Assembly (NCBI GenBank): GCA_963763775.1
Contig: CAVXPZ010000001.1
Location: forward strand, 576,451-640,450
Reading direction: 5' to 3'
Origin: an uncultured Chloroflexia bacterium
Lineage (GTDB): Bacteria > Chloroflexota > Limnocylindria > Limnocylindrales > CSP1-4
Length of the DNA stretch: 64,000 nt
Shown: positions 37,064 to 46,433 of the stretch, one piece after another
How positions within the stretch are numbered: the first letter of the stretch is position 1
Layout: each line of letters begins with the position of its first letter
Translations under genes and position numbers: made by a program
The notes under the pieces: model-generated
Told to the model about the DNA's origin: nothing
Database searches by the model: none
What the model saw: only the letters and a program-made list of their open reading frames with translations

Positions 37064-37636
37064 TCAGCGCTTCGTGTAGTCCTGGTGGAAGGCGGACGCG
37101 GTCGGCTCGCTCTGGCCCTGGTACCGCGACCGGAGGTCGGGCGACCCGTACGGGCGCTCGACCGGCGAGGACATCTTGAAGAACGAGATCTGGCCGATGC
37201 GCATCGCGTGGTAGAGGGCGATCGGGAGGTTCGCCACGTTCGACAGCTCGAGCGTCAGATTGCCCTTCCAGCCCGGGTCCACGTAGCCCGCGGTGGAGTG
37301 GATCAGCAGGCCGAGACGGCCGAGCGACGACTTCCCTTCGAGCCTCGCGACCAGGTCGTCGGGGAGCTCGACCCACTCGAGGGTCTGTCCGAGCACGAAC
37401 TCGCCCGGGTGCAGGATGAACGGCTCGTCGTCCTCGATCGTGAGGAGCTCGGTCAGGTCCGGCTGCGGAGCGCGGACGTCGATGTACGGGTAGCGGTTGT
37501 TGCGGAACACGCGGAAGCGCCGGTCCAGGTGGAGGTCGACCGACGACGGCTGCAGGTCCTCCGGGTCATACGGCCGGATGGTCACGCGCTCGGCTTCGAG
37601 CTCGGCCCGGATGTCGCGGTCCGAGAGCACGCTCAC
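37064..37636 (-). CDS. dcd: dCTP deaminase
   Basis: 190 aa. Motifs: [43 protein letters not shown]. The GTG start overlaps the nrdR stop (GTGA). Confidence 0.9.
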   Translation of the reverse strand: MSVLSDRDIRAELEAERVTIRPYDPEDLQPSSVDLHLDRRFRVFRNNRYPYIDVRAPQPDLTELLTIEDDEPFILHPGEFVLGQTLEWVELPDDLVARLEGKSSLGRLGLLIHSTAGYVDPGWKGNLTLELSNVANLPIALYHAMRIGQISFFKMSSPVERPYGSPDLRSRYQGQSEPTASAFHQDYTKR

Positions 37637-38109
37637 TTCGCGTAGCCCCCGTTGCCCTTCTCCGCGTAGAGCGTGTCCACCTCGCGCTTGAGCGCTTCGA
37701 GGTCCTCGAAGCTCTGATAGACGCTGGCGAACCGGATGTAGGCGATCTGGTCGATGGCCCGGAGCTGCTCCATCGCGAGCGCTCCGACCCTGGACGACGG
37801 CACCTCGCTCGCCCCCGAGGAGCGCAGGTCCGCCTCGATGGCGTCAGCGGCGGCCTCGGCGGCGCCCGCCGGGACCGGCCGGCGCGTCAACGCCTTGCGC
37901 AGCCCTGACGCGAGCTTGTCGCGATCGAATTCCTGGCGCGTGCCGTCGCGCTTCACGACGACCAGCCGCGCGGCCTCGACCCGCTCGTACGTGGTGAACC
38001 GCATCGAACACGCCGCGCACTCGCGCCGGCGACGGATCGTCGCGGAGTCGTCGAGATCGCGGGAGTCGACCACACGGGTCTCGCGCTCACCGCATTGGGG
38101 GCAACGCAT
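37633..38109 (-). CDS. nrdR: transcriptional repressor NrdR
   Basis: [18 protein letters not shown]...[17 protein letters not shown] is the zinc ribbon, followed by an ATP-cone ([16 protein letters not shown]...AYIRFASVY). GGAG lies 6-7 nt upstream of the ATG. Confidence 0.9.
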   Translation of the reverse strand: MRCPQCGERETRVVDSRDLDDSATIRRRRECAACSMRFTTYERVEAARLVVVKRDGTRQEFDRDKLASGLRKALTRRPVPAGAAEAAADAIEADLRSSGASEVPSSRVGALAMEQLRAIDQIAYIRFASVYQSFEDLEALKREVDTLYAEKGNGGYAK

Positions 38110-38133
38110 CGGGCTCCTGTCGGTCCGCTGGTA

Positions 38134-38149
38134 CCACTAGCTGTTGTGG
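38134..38149. promoter_or_regulatory. NrdR box 1 (proximal)
   Basis: CCACTAGCTGTTGTGG is an imperfect 16-bp palindrome matching 11/16 positions of acaCwAtATaTwGtgt. It lies 25 nt upstream of the nrdR ATG. Confidence 0.6.
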
Positions 38150-38164
38150 TGTGGACCGAGGATA

Positions 38165-38180
38165 CCACTACATGGTGTGG
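38165..38180. promoter_or_regulatory. NrdR box 2 (distal)
   Basis: CCACTACATGGTGTGG matches 11/16 positions of the consensus. It starts exactly 31 bp from box 1, the canonical tandem phasing. Confidence 0.6.
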
Positions 38181-38711
38181 TCAGGTGTGGTCCGGGCGGG
38201 CGCTGAGACCATCCGCGAGCTTGGCCTGGCGGGCGATCGCGTCGCGGGCGTGGATGAGGTTGAGGTACCCGCGCTTGATGGATGTCTGGGCCTCGAGCTC
38301 GCGGGCGCCGCCCCGGACCGAGGTCATGATCGTCGTGCCGTGTTCGACGGTGGCCAGGGCCCGCCCGGCCCGTTCGAGGCCGGCGACGAGGTCGTCGCGG
38401 ATCTCCTCGGCGGCCGACGGCCCCTTCAGCGCCCTTGCCTCGGCGAGGTACCGGTCGACGGCGTCAGAGGTGGCGACGAGCGTATCGCCGATCGCGTCCG
38501 GCCCGAGCTCGTGATGGCGGACCTGGTCGATGCGGGCGGCGGCGCCGGCGAGCGACTCGTCGACTCGGACGCACAGGTCGCGCACCGCGGAGCGGAACCC
38601 CTCGGTCTCGCGCGTCTTGGCGACGATCCGCCCGGTCCCGCGGAAGACCACGATGAGACCGGCCGCCAGCGCGACGAACGCCAGGATCGGCAGCAGGACG
38701 ATCCAGTCCAT
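38181..38711 (-). CDS. membrane-anchored helical protein, unknown function
   Basis: 176 aa. It has an N-terminal TM helix (MDWIVLLPILAFVALAAGLIVVF), and the remainder is predicted helical and rich in A/R/E/D/L. No family recognised. Confidence 0.45.
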   Translation of the reverse strand: MDWIVLLPILAFVALAAGLIVVFRGTGRIVAKTRETEGFRSAVRDLCVRVDESLAGAAARIDQVRHHELGPDAIGDTLVATSDAVDRYLAEARALKGPSAAEEIRDDLVAGLERAGRALATVEHGTTIMTSVRGGARELEAQTSIKRGYLNLIHARDAIARQAKLADGLSARPDHT

Positions 38712-38733
38712 CAGGGCCGCGATCCGTCCGGCT

Positions 38734-39720
38734 TCAGGCGGGACGCGCCCGGAGCGCCGTCAGGAGCGCCGGGCCGACCTCGAACAGATCACCGACGACG
38801 AACAGGTCGGCGAACTCGGCGATCGGCGCGTCCGCGTCGCGGTTGACCGCGATGATCGTGCCGGACGTCTGCATCCCGACCTTGTGCTGGATCGCGCCAC
38901 TGATGCCGAGCGCGAGGTAGAGCTGCGGCTTGACGATCTTGCCGGTCTGGCCGATCTGCTGGGCGTACGGGATCCAGCCGGAGTCGACGGCGGCACGCGT
39001 CGCGCCGACCGCACCACCGAGCGCCTGGGCCAGGTCCTCGACCAGCTTGAAGCCGTCCGCGCCGCCCATCCCCCGGCCGCCGGACACGATGATCCGGGCG
39101 TCATCGATGGAGACCGCGGCGGCGCCTTCCTCGACCCGGTCGACGACGCGGACCGGCGCGAGGACCGGACTGTCGGCGGTCGGCGGCGCAGCGCGGCTGC
39201 CGGCCGACGCTCGTGGAGCGGCGGTCACCGCGTTCGGGCGGACCGTGATGATGCCGCGACCGGACACGAACGCACTCTCGGTGATGAGCTTGCCACCGAA
39301 CGCGCTCATCTCGACCACCGGGCCGTCTGCGGTCCAGCGGGCCGCCGTCGCATTGGCCAGGACGCCGAGACCGGTCAGCGCCGACAACGCGCCGGCGATG
39401 TCGCGACCATCGGGCGACGCGGGCAGGAGGATGGCGTCGTAGTCGGCGGCCAGCGTCGAGAGGGCGGCAGCCACCGGCGCGACGGTCTGCGCCGCGGTCG
39501 ACCGGCCGTCCACCATGACCGAGTCGACGAAGGGGGCCAGCTCGCCGGCGGCGCGGTCGGCGTCGGCCGCCGACACGCCTTCGACCACCGGGATGAGGCC
39601 GTCGACCGCCGTCCCGGCCGCGTCGGCCAGGGCGCCCGCCAGGGTCGCGACCTCGGTGGAGAGCTTGGTCAGCCGTCCGTCGGGTCCGAGCTCGCCGACG
39701 ACGAGGATGCGGCCGCTCAC
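38734..39720 (-). CDS. etfA: electron transfer flavoprotein alpha subunit
   Basis: GTG 39720 overlaps the etfB stop (GTGA). It has (M)SGRILVVGEL... and the C-terminal FAD-binding region VSGGRGMG...GATRAAVDSGW...QIGQTGKIVKPQLYLALGISGAIQH. Confidence 0.85.
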   Translation of the reverse strand: MSGRILVVGELGPDGRLTKLSTEVATLAGALADAAGTAVDGLIPVVEGVSAADADRAAGELAPFVDSVMVDGRSTAAQTVAPVAAALSTLAADYDAILLPASPDGRDIAGALSALTGLGVLANATAARWTADGPVVEMSAFGGKLITESAFVSGRGIITVRPNAVTAAPRASAGSRAAPPTADSPVLAPVRVVDRVEEGAAAVSIDDARIIVSGGRGMGGADGFKLVEDLAQALGGAVGATRAAVDSGWIPYAQQIGQTGKIVKPQLYLALGISGAIQHKVGMQTSGTIIAVNRDADAPIAEFADLFVVGDLFEVGPALLTALRARPA

Positions 39721-40512
39721 GAGATGAGCCTCCGCTCCGCGAGGAAGTCGACGATCTGCTGGGCCGCCACCTCGGGCGTGTCCCGGATCGACCCTCGTCG
39801 CGGCGCGAGCCTCTGGCGGCCGGGAGCCGACGACGCGCGTCGTCGCGGCCTGGCCGCCGACCGATGCCCCGTCGAGCCCGAGATCCGCGAGGGACACCGT
39901 GCGGATCTCCTTGCCGCGCGCCGCCATGATCCCCTTGAGCGACGGGTAGCGCGGCTCGCCGAGCGCCTGCGTCCCGCTGATGAGTGCCGGCATCGGCGCC
40001 TCGAGGACGTCGTAGCCGGTCGGGCTGATGCGGCGCACCCGCACGGTCCGCGCGGACATGTCGGGTTCGATCCTCGCCGCGTAGGACATGTACGGCAGTT
40101 CGCCCAGCGCGGCGATGCCCGCCGGCACGACGCCCGCCTGGCCGTCGGATGAGTCGACGCCCGCGATCGCGATGTCGAACTCGAGGGTCCTGAGCGCCGC
40201 GGCGAGGACGCGCGTCGTCGAGACCGTGCACGAGCCTTCGAGGGCCGGGTCCGTCACGAGCACGCCGCGGGTCGCCCCCATCGCGAGGGCCTTGCGGATC
40301 GTCTCGGGAGCGCTCGCCGGCGCCATCGCGAGCACGGTCACCTCGCCCTCGCCGGCCGCCTCGACGAGTTTGAGGGCGGCCTCGAGCGCGTATTCGTCAT
40401 TGCCGTTGATGACGGCAGGCACGGCAGCTCGATCGAGCCGGCCATCCGGACCGAGCCGCTCACCCGCGGACGCGGGGTCCGGGACAGGCTTCATGAGCAC
40501 GACGATGCGCAA
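39717..40512 (-). pseudogene. etfB: electron transfer flavoprotein beta subunit, frame-broken as assembled near 39785-39795
   Basis: MRIVVLMKPVPD...NGNDEYALEAALKL...PRYPSLKGIMAA. After ...EARAATRV the listed frame reads through into etfA. The adjacent frame gives IRDTPEVAAQQIVDFLAERRLIS and a TGA at 39719-39717. Confidence 0.85.
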
Positions 40513-40536
40513 CGGGACGTGAACCTCCCCGACCGG

Positions 40537-41718
40537 TCAGCGGCCCTTGCCGAGCAGCGACCGCGCCAACACGAGACGTTGGATCTGCTGAGTCCCCTCG
40601 TACAGCTGGGTGATCTTCGCGTCGCGCATCATCCGCTCGACGGGGAACTCATCGATATAGCCGTATCCGCCCATGACCTGGACGGCATCGGTCGTGACCC
40701 GCATCGCGGTGTCGCCGGCCACGAGTTTACACATCGCCGACCACCGGCCGGCGTCCGGGGCTCCGGCGTCGATCTCGACGCACGCCTTGTACAGGAGCTG
40801 GCGTGCCGCCTCGGTCCCGGCGTCCATGTCGGCGAGCATCGCCCCGACCATCTGGAAGTCGCCGATGCGCTGCCCGAACTGCTTGCGCTCCTTCGCGTAC
40901 GCGGTGGCCGCTTCGAGCGCGCCCTGGGCGATCCCGACGGCCTGGGCCGCGATCCCCGGCCGGCTCCGGTCGAGCGTGCGCATCGCGAGGTCGAACCCCT
41001 CGCCCTCCGCCCCGATCCGGTTCGCCGCCGGGACCCTCACGCCCTCGAAGGTGAGCTCGGCCGTGGGACTGCCCCGGAGACCCATCTTGTGTTCGAGCCG
41101 AGCGACCGCGAACCCGGCGGTCGGCACCTCGACGATGAAGCACGACATCCGCCGGTGGCGGGTGGCATCGGGGTTCGTGACCGCGAAGACCGTGACGAGA
41201 TCGGCGACCGATCCCTGGCTGATGAAGCGCTTGGATCCGGTGAGCACGTAGTCGTCGCCGTCGCGCACCGCCCGCGTCCGGCCGGCCGCCGCATCGGAGC
41301 CGGCCTCGGCCTCGGTCAGGGCGAAGGCGATCAGACGTTCGCCGGTCGCCAGGCTCGGGACCCACCGGGCGTGCTGCTCCGCCGTCCCGGCCATGAGGAG
41401 CGGCAGGGCGGCCAGCTCCTGCACCGCCAGGATGAGCCCGGTCGTGGCACAGGCGCGGCTCAACTGTTCGATGGCGAGGCAGATCGTCAGCAGGTCGGCG
41501 CCCAGCCCGCCGTGTTCGACCGGGAACGGCAGCGCGAAGATGTCGTTCGCCGCCAGCAGGTCCTTGATGTCCCACGGGAACTCGGCGGCCCGATCGACCT
41601 CGGCGGCGCGTGGGGCGACCCGCTCGTCGGCGAGGACCCGGACGGCATCGCGCATGAGGCGCTGGTCCTCGGTCAGGCGATAGGTCGGCGGCTCGGTCGG
41701 CGTGGTCACCGGGACCAT
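40537..41718 (-). CDS. acyl-CoA dehydrogenase
   Basis: 393 aa. Motifs: FALTEAEAGSDAA, KMGLRGSPTAELTFEGVRVP, and C-terminal ITQLYEGTQQIQRLVLAR with the catalytic-Glu YEG motif. Confidence 0.9.
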   Translation of the reverse strand: MVPVTTPTEPPTYRLTEDQRLMRDAVRVLADERVAPRAAEVDRAAEFPWDIKDLLAANDIFALPFPVEHGGLGADLLTICLAIEQLSRACATTGLILAVQELAALPLLMAGTAEQHARWVPSLATGERLIAFALTEAEAGSDAAAGRTRAVRDGDDYVLTGSKRFISQGSVADLVTVFAVTNPDATRHRRMSCFIVEVPTAGFAVARLEHKMGLRGSPTAELTFEGVRVPAANRIGAEGEGFDLAMRTLDRSRPGIAAQAVGIAQGALEAATAYAKERKQFGQRIGDFQMVGAMLADMDAGTEAARQLLYKACVEIDAGAPDAGRWSAMCKLVAGDTAMRVTTDAVQVMGGYGYIDEFPVERMMRDAKITQLYEGTQQIQRLVLARSLLGKGR

Positions 41719-41874
41719 CCTATCCGGTCCTGCGAGGTGTCCGAGGCACCCGGATGGCGGAGCGGTGGCGTCCGGTGGGGTCGTGGGGCGTTGGCGGTCG
41801 GGGCGGCCCGACGTACGCTGGTGGTGCCGTCGTCGAGCGAGACGTCGGCGTGATCCAGCCGTCGCGGGGAGAGG

Positions 41875-42102
41875 GTGATGGACACGGATTCGGGATTGCT
41901 GCTGCTCGTCGGGGCCGCGGCCGTCGGCATCGTCGGGACGATCGGGATCCTTCGTCGCGAACGCCTCCAGACGGAGGCCGCGGGCCGTGAGAGCCCGTTC
42001 GCCGTCAGCACGGAGGGCATGAAGCGCTGCCCGTCGTGCGGCACGGGAAACCTGGTCACCGACGCGACCTGCTCGACCTGCGGGAAGACCCTACCCGGCT
42101 GA
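41875..42102 (+). CDS. small membrane protein with C-terminal zinc-ribbon (CxxC...CxxC)
   Basis: 75 aa with the TM helix LLLLVGAAAVGIVGTIGIL, then KRCPSCGTGNLVTDATCSTCGKTL. It overlaps the convergent hydrolase gene by 12 nt. Confidence 0.45.
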   Translation: MMDTDSGLLLLVGAAAVGIVGTIGILRRERLQTEAAGRESPFAVSTEGMKRCPSCGTGNLVTDATCSTCGKTLPG

Positions 42103-43804
42103 CGCCTCCGGCGGTCGCGCCACCGGCAGCTCCAGGGAGCTCGGGTGCTCGATGTCGTGATGGATCGTCACGTGGGCCACGCGCGCGTCCTCGCCCGACT
42201 CGAGGGCGACGACCCCGCCGCCGTGGTAGTTCTGCTGCCAGTAGATGGAGTTCGGCGCCTTGATCACGAGGCGCAGACGGCTGCCGACCGCGATCCGGTG
42301 GCAGAAGAAGCGGAACCGGTCGAAGGTGTACGGCAGGATCGCGCCCGGTTCGACGAGCCGCTCGGCCCGCAGGCCGTCGCGGTACCGGGCACGCGCGATG
42401 GTCTCCGTCAGCAGCCGGCTCGAGCCGTCGAGGGCGACCTCGGAGAGCTGCAGATGGAAGTCCGTGTCCGGCACGTCCATCGAGATCCATGCCTCGACCC
42501 TGACCTCGCCCGTCACGTCGGTGGCCGCCTCGAACGGCGCCGAGTGGTAGACCACGCCGGCGTCGAACAGGTTGACGGCGTACCGCTGGTCCACCAGGTA
42601 GCGCTCGAACGGTTCGCGCTCGATCTCGACGACGCGGTCGTCGAGCGGGTCGTCGGTGTAGCCGTCCGGCCGGGTATCGGCCGGGGCGTCCGCGAGCGTG
42701 CCGGAGTGGAAGACCTCGTTCGCGTGGCCATCGTCGGAGGCGAGATACAAGCCGCCTGGCGTCCGTCGGGATCGCCTCCAGCGAGGCGGCGTACCGCCAC
42801 TCCTCGGCGCCGGTGACGTAGTAGGCGACCCGGTCGCGCAGGAACTCGGGCTTCGGCCCGTCGCGCATCGTCCAGTCGTACCAGGCCGCGTGGAGCGCGT
42901 TCAGGTCGACCAGGCTCGCCTCGCCGAACGTCAGGCCGCCGACCTCCCGAGCCGGCGTGCGCGTCCCGGGGTGGTCCCATGGGCCGATGACCAGGTGGTG
43001 GCGGTCCCGGGCCGCGGCCGTCGCGTTCGCCATGTGCTCACGGTAGAAGTGGAGGGCGCCGGGCTGGTCGTCGTCGTAGTGGCCGGTGATCGTGAGGATG
43101 GGGATCTCGATCGCGGCGTGGTCCGACGGGCTGACCGAGATCTCGTCCCAGTAGGCGTCCTGGGTCGGGTGCGACATGTCCTCGCGGAACCTGGTGGTGA
43201 CGTTGCCGACCGTCCGCTCGAGCTCGACGTATGGCCGGTGCGACAGCCGATGCTCGCGGAACTTCTCGATCCAGAACGCCTGGTCGCCGAACAGGTTCGC
43301 GTTCGGGGTCACGCCACTGGTGAACGTCTGCCACTGCATCTCGTACGAGTACGCGACGTTGTTCCAGAGCGGGAAGTCGACCGCGGCCGCACAGGACGCC
43401 GCCGGGACGATGGTCCGCAGGTGCGGCGGCCGCTCGCGGGCCGTCATCCACTGGTCGAACCCGGCATAGGACCCGCCCCACATCGCCACCGACCCGTCGC
43501 ACCAGGGCTGGTCCGCGAGCCACTCGACGACATCGTGGCCGTCAGGTCCCTCCCCGCGCATCGGGCGGAACGTGCCACCGGAGTTCCCGCGACCACGGCA
43601 ATCCACGAGGATGAAGGGGTATCCGAGCCGGGCGAAGGCCGTCGCCCGCTCGTGGTAGGAGTCGGCGATGTACGGCGTCAGGGTGAAGACCGCGGGCTTG
43701 GGGTCGTCGCTCTTCGGCCGGTAGACCGTCGCCGCGAGCGTGATCCCGTCGCGCATCGGGATCCGGACGCCCCATTCGAACGCGATGCCGTCCGGCTCGG
43801 CCAT
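42091..43804 (-). pseudogene. CocE/NonD-family (X-Pro dipeptidyl-peptidase S15-like) hydrolase, frame-broken as assembled near 42750-42757
   Basis: ATG 43804 (MAEPDGIAFEWGVRIPMRDGITLAATVYRP). It has VDCRGRGNSGG and GGSYAGF. After ...SLEAIPTDARR the frame is lost, and ORF 42091..42750 supplies the PepX_C-type domain (LYLASDDGHANEVFHSG...). Confidence 0.8.
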
Positions 43805-45939
43805 CACATGACCGGCAGTCGTCGGTCCGCGGGGGCGGTCGCGATCCGAGCCGCCAGCAGCTCCGACACGTCCATCGTGGCGACCGCGGCACTCCCACCG
43901 TCGCTGGCGGCAGCGAGCCCGTCGCTCAGCATCACCATGCAGAACGGGCAGGCCGTCGCCACGGTCTCGGCACCGGTCTCGAGGACCTGACGGGTGCGCT
44001 CGGCGTTGATGCGCGTCCCGCGATCCTCCTCCATCCACATGCGCCCCCCGCCGGCGCCGCAACAGAACGTGTTGCGACCGGACTTCGGCATCTCGGTGAC
44101 GGACACGCCCGCCGCACCGAGCACCTCGCGCGGGGCGGAGACGACGCCGTTGTAGCGCGCGAGGTAGCAGGAGTCGTGGACGGTGACGCTGCCCGGGCGA
44201 TGGTCCCCGGTCGACGCGGTCGCGTCCTCGGGCAGCGTGATCAGCCGACCGGAGGAGACCAGTTCCGCGAGGAACGTCGAGTGGTGCACGACGCGGTAGT
44301 CGCCACCGAGTTGGCCGTATTCGTTGCCGAGCGAGTTGAAGCAGTGCGGACACGCGGTGACGATCGTCCGCTCCCCCATCCGGTACCGGTCGAGGGTCTC
44401 GACGTTCCCCGCGGCGAGCATCTGGAAGACGTAGTCGTTGCCCATCCGCCGTGCCGGGTCGCCGGTGCACGACTCCTCCTGCCCGAGGATCGCGAACGGG
44501 ACGCCCGCGGCGTGGAGGCACGTGGCCACCGCGCGGGCGACCTTCTGGTTACGGGGGTCGAACGCCGCGGCGCAGCCGACCCAGTAGAGGACCTCGAGCG
44601 AGTCGAGTCGACCCGCTGCGGCAACGGCCGCGACCGTCTCGACCTCGAACTCCAGCGGCTTCGTCCACTCGAGCCGCGCGGAGGCCGGTTGCCCCCACGG
44701 GTTGCCCTGGTTCTCCATCGCCCGGAACGCGCCGGTCAGCTCCTGCGGGAAGCGCGAATCCTCGAGGACCAGGTTCCGGCGGAGGCCGACGATCTTGTCC
44801 ACGTGCTCGATCAGGACCGGGCAGGCCTCCACGCACGCCCCGCACGTGACGCAGTCCCAGACGGCGTCGTACGGGATGGCGTTGTCGACGATCGGGGCTG
44901 CCAGCGCCTTGGCATCGGGCGTGGTGTCGTCGAGGCCGTACGTGTCGCGGACGATCGGCGAGTTCGGGATGATGTCGATCCCGTGCTCCGCATCGATGGA
45001 CATATGGCGGATGCCCATGATGAGTTCCTTGGGGTTGAGCGGTTTCCCCGTGTTCCAGGCCGGGCATGCCTCCTGGCAGCGGCCGCACTCCGTGCACGTG
45101 AACCCGTCGAGCAGGTCCTTCCAGCCCAGGTCCTGGAGGGTGCGCAGCCCGAACGAGGCGTCCTCGGCCTCCAGGTCGAGCTTGGGGAGCTCCCCGCGCG
45201 GCGCGAGCTTGCGGAACCAGATGTTCGGAAACGCGGTGGCGATGTGGAGGTGCTTGCTGAACGGCAGGTAGCAGAGGAACGCGGCGACCAGCAGGATGTG
45301 GCCCCACCACAGGATCGCGAAGCCAGCCTCAAGGACCGGCGTCGAGAGGGAGCGCAGCGGCACCGCGATGGCGTCGGCCACGAAGGCCCCCGGCACGTCC
45401 CCGTAGAGGGCCGCCTCGAACGCCTGGGCGAACAGCTCGGTCGCGACCACGCCGCCGATCATCGAGAGGATGACCAGGGCGTCGCGGTTGTAGGTGAGGC
45501 GTTGGGGTTTCGTGATGAGGCGGCGCACGAACGCCCAGCCGATCGCGGCGAGGACGATCACCGCCACGACGTTCTGCATGGCGCTGATCAGCGTCCACAG
45601 GAGGCCGTCGAACGGGATCGACAGGACGACCTCGATCAGTCCGCCGGTGACGATGTTCGCCGTCCCGATCGTGAGGAGGACGAAGCCCCAGAAGATCCCC
45701 GCATGCATGACCCCGGCGGCCGGGTCCTTGAACATCTTGCGCTGGACGAACGCGTAGTTCACCAGGCCGCCGAGCCGGCGTCCGACGTCGGCGAACGGGC
45801 TCGGGCCGGCGGTCCGCGCCGCGGCGAAGACGCGGAGGTGGCGCGCCATCGCGAGGCAGAAGAACGCCGCGGCGCCCCAGAACACGGGGAACACCAGGAG
45901 GTAGGCGGGGACGTTCTCGAACGTGCCGAAGATCGTCAC
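43804..45939 (-). CDS. membrane-bound Fe-S oxidoreductase of the EtfD / HdrD-GlpC type (NarI-like TM domain + 2x[4Fe-4S] + CCG domains)
   Basis: 711 aa. It has 5-6 N-terminal TM helices, CTECGRCQEACP and CVTCGACVEACP, and CCG-type motifs (TACPHCFNSLG, TFCCGAGGG, TACPFCMVML). The GTG start lies 4 nt after the moaB stop. Confidence 0.8.
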   Translation of the reverse strand: MTIFGTFENVPAYLLVFPVFWGAAAFFCLAMARHLRVFAAARTAGPSPFADVGRRLGGLVNYAFVQRKMFKDPAAGVMHAGIFWGFVLLTIGTANIVTGGLIEVVLSIPFDGLLWTLISAMQNVVAVIVLAAIGWAFVRRLITKPQRLTYNRDALVILSMIGGVVATELFAQAFEAALYGDVPGAFVADAIAVPLRSLSTPVLEAGFAILWWGHILLVAAFLCYLPFSKHLHIATAFPNIWFRKLAPRGELPKLDLEAEDASFGLRTLQDLGWKDLLDGFTCTECGRCQEACPAWNTGKPLNPKELIMGIRHMSIDAEHGIDIIPNSPIVRDTYGLDDTTPDAKALAAPIVDNAIPYDAVWDCVTCGACVEACPVLIEHVDKIVGLRRNLVLEDSRFPQELTGAFRAMENQGNPWGQPASARLEWTKPLEFEVETVAAVAAAGRLDSLEVLYWVGCAAAFDPRNQKVARAVATCLHAAGVPFAILGQEESCTGDPARRMGNDYVFQMLAAGNVETLDRYRMGERTIVTACPHCFNSLGNEYGQLGGDYRVVHHSTFLAELVSSGRLITLPEDATASTGDHRPGSVTVHDSCYLARYNGVVSAPREVLGAAGVSVTEMPKSGRNTFCCGAGGGRMWMEEDRGTRINAERTRQVLETGAETVATACPFCMVMLSDGLAAASDGGSAAVATMDVSELLAARIATAPADRRLPVM

Positions 45940-45943
45940 GGTC

Positions 45944-46433
45944 TCACCCGTGGTCGTGCGGACCCGCGAGGGTCTCGAGGGCGTGGTCGAGGACCGACGC
46001 GATCGCGTCGAGCGATTCGAGGGCGCCCTTCGGGCTGCCGGGGACGTTCACGACGAGCGAGCGCCCGATGACGCCGACGACGGCCCGCGACAGGTCCGCG
46101 AGCGGGGTCGCCGCCCGCCCGGCGGCGCGCATCGCCTCGCGCGAGACCCGGGACCTGGTAGTCGATGACCGCGAGGGTCGCCTGCGGCGTCACGTCGCGC
46201 GGCGTGAGGCCGGTCCCGCCGGTCGTGACGACGAGCGGGTGACGCGCGGCGCCGGCACGGAGCGCGGCCTCGATGGCGACCTGGTCATCGGGCACGAGGA
46301 TACGCTCCACGGCGTACCCGAGATCGGTCAGTCGCGCGTCCAGCGCGTCCCCGGAGGCATCCTGGCGGACCCCCGCCGCCGCGCCGTCGCTGCACGTGAT
46401 GACCGCCGCCGAACGGTGCGCCGGTCCGCTCAC
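45944..46433 (-). pseudogene. moaB: MogA/MoaB-family molybdenum cofactor biosynthesis protein, frame-broken as assembled near 46135-46146
   Basis: GTG 46433 overlaps the moaC stop (GTGA). VITCSDGAAAG...VVTTGGTGLTPRDVTPQATLAVIDYQVPGL is followed by nonsense. ORF 45944..46132 holds the rest (MRAAGRAATPLADLSRAVVGVIGRSLVVNVPGSPKGA...). Confidence 0.75.

Noticed and set aside
38734-40512. Genuine fused EtfB-EtfA polypeptide of 592 aa
   Set aside because: The junction peptide is nonsense. The neighbouring frame gives a canonical EtfB C-terminus whose stop overlaps a GTG start for EtfA.
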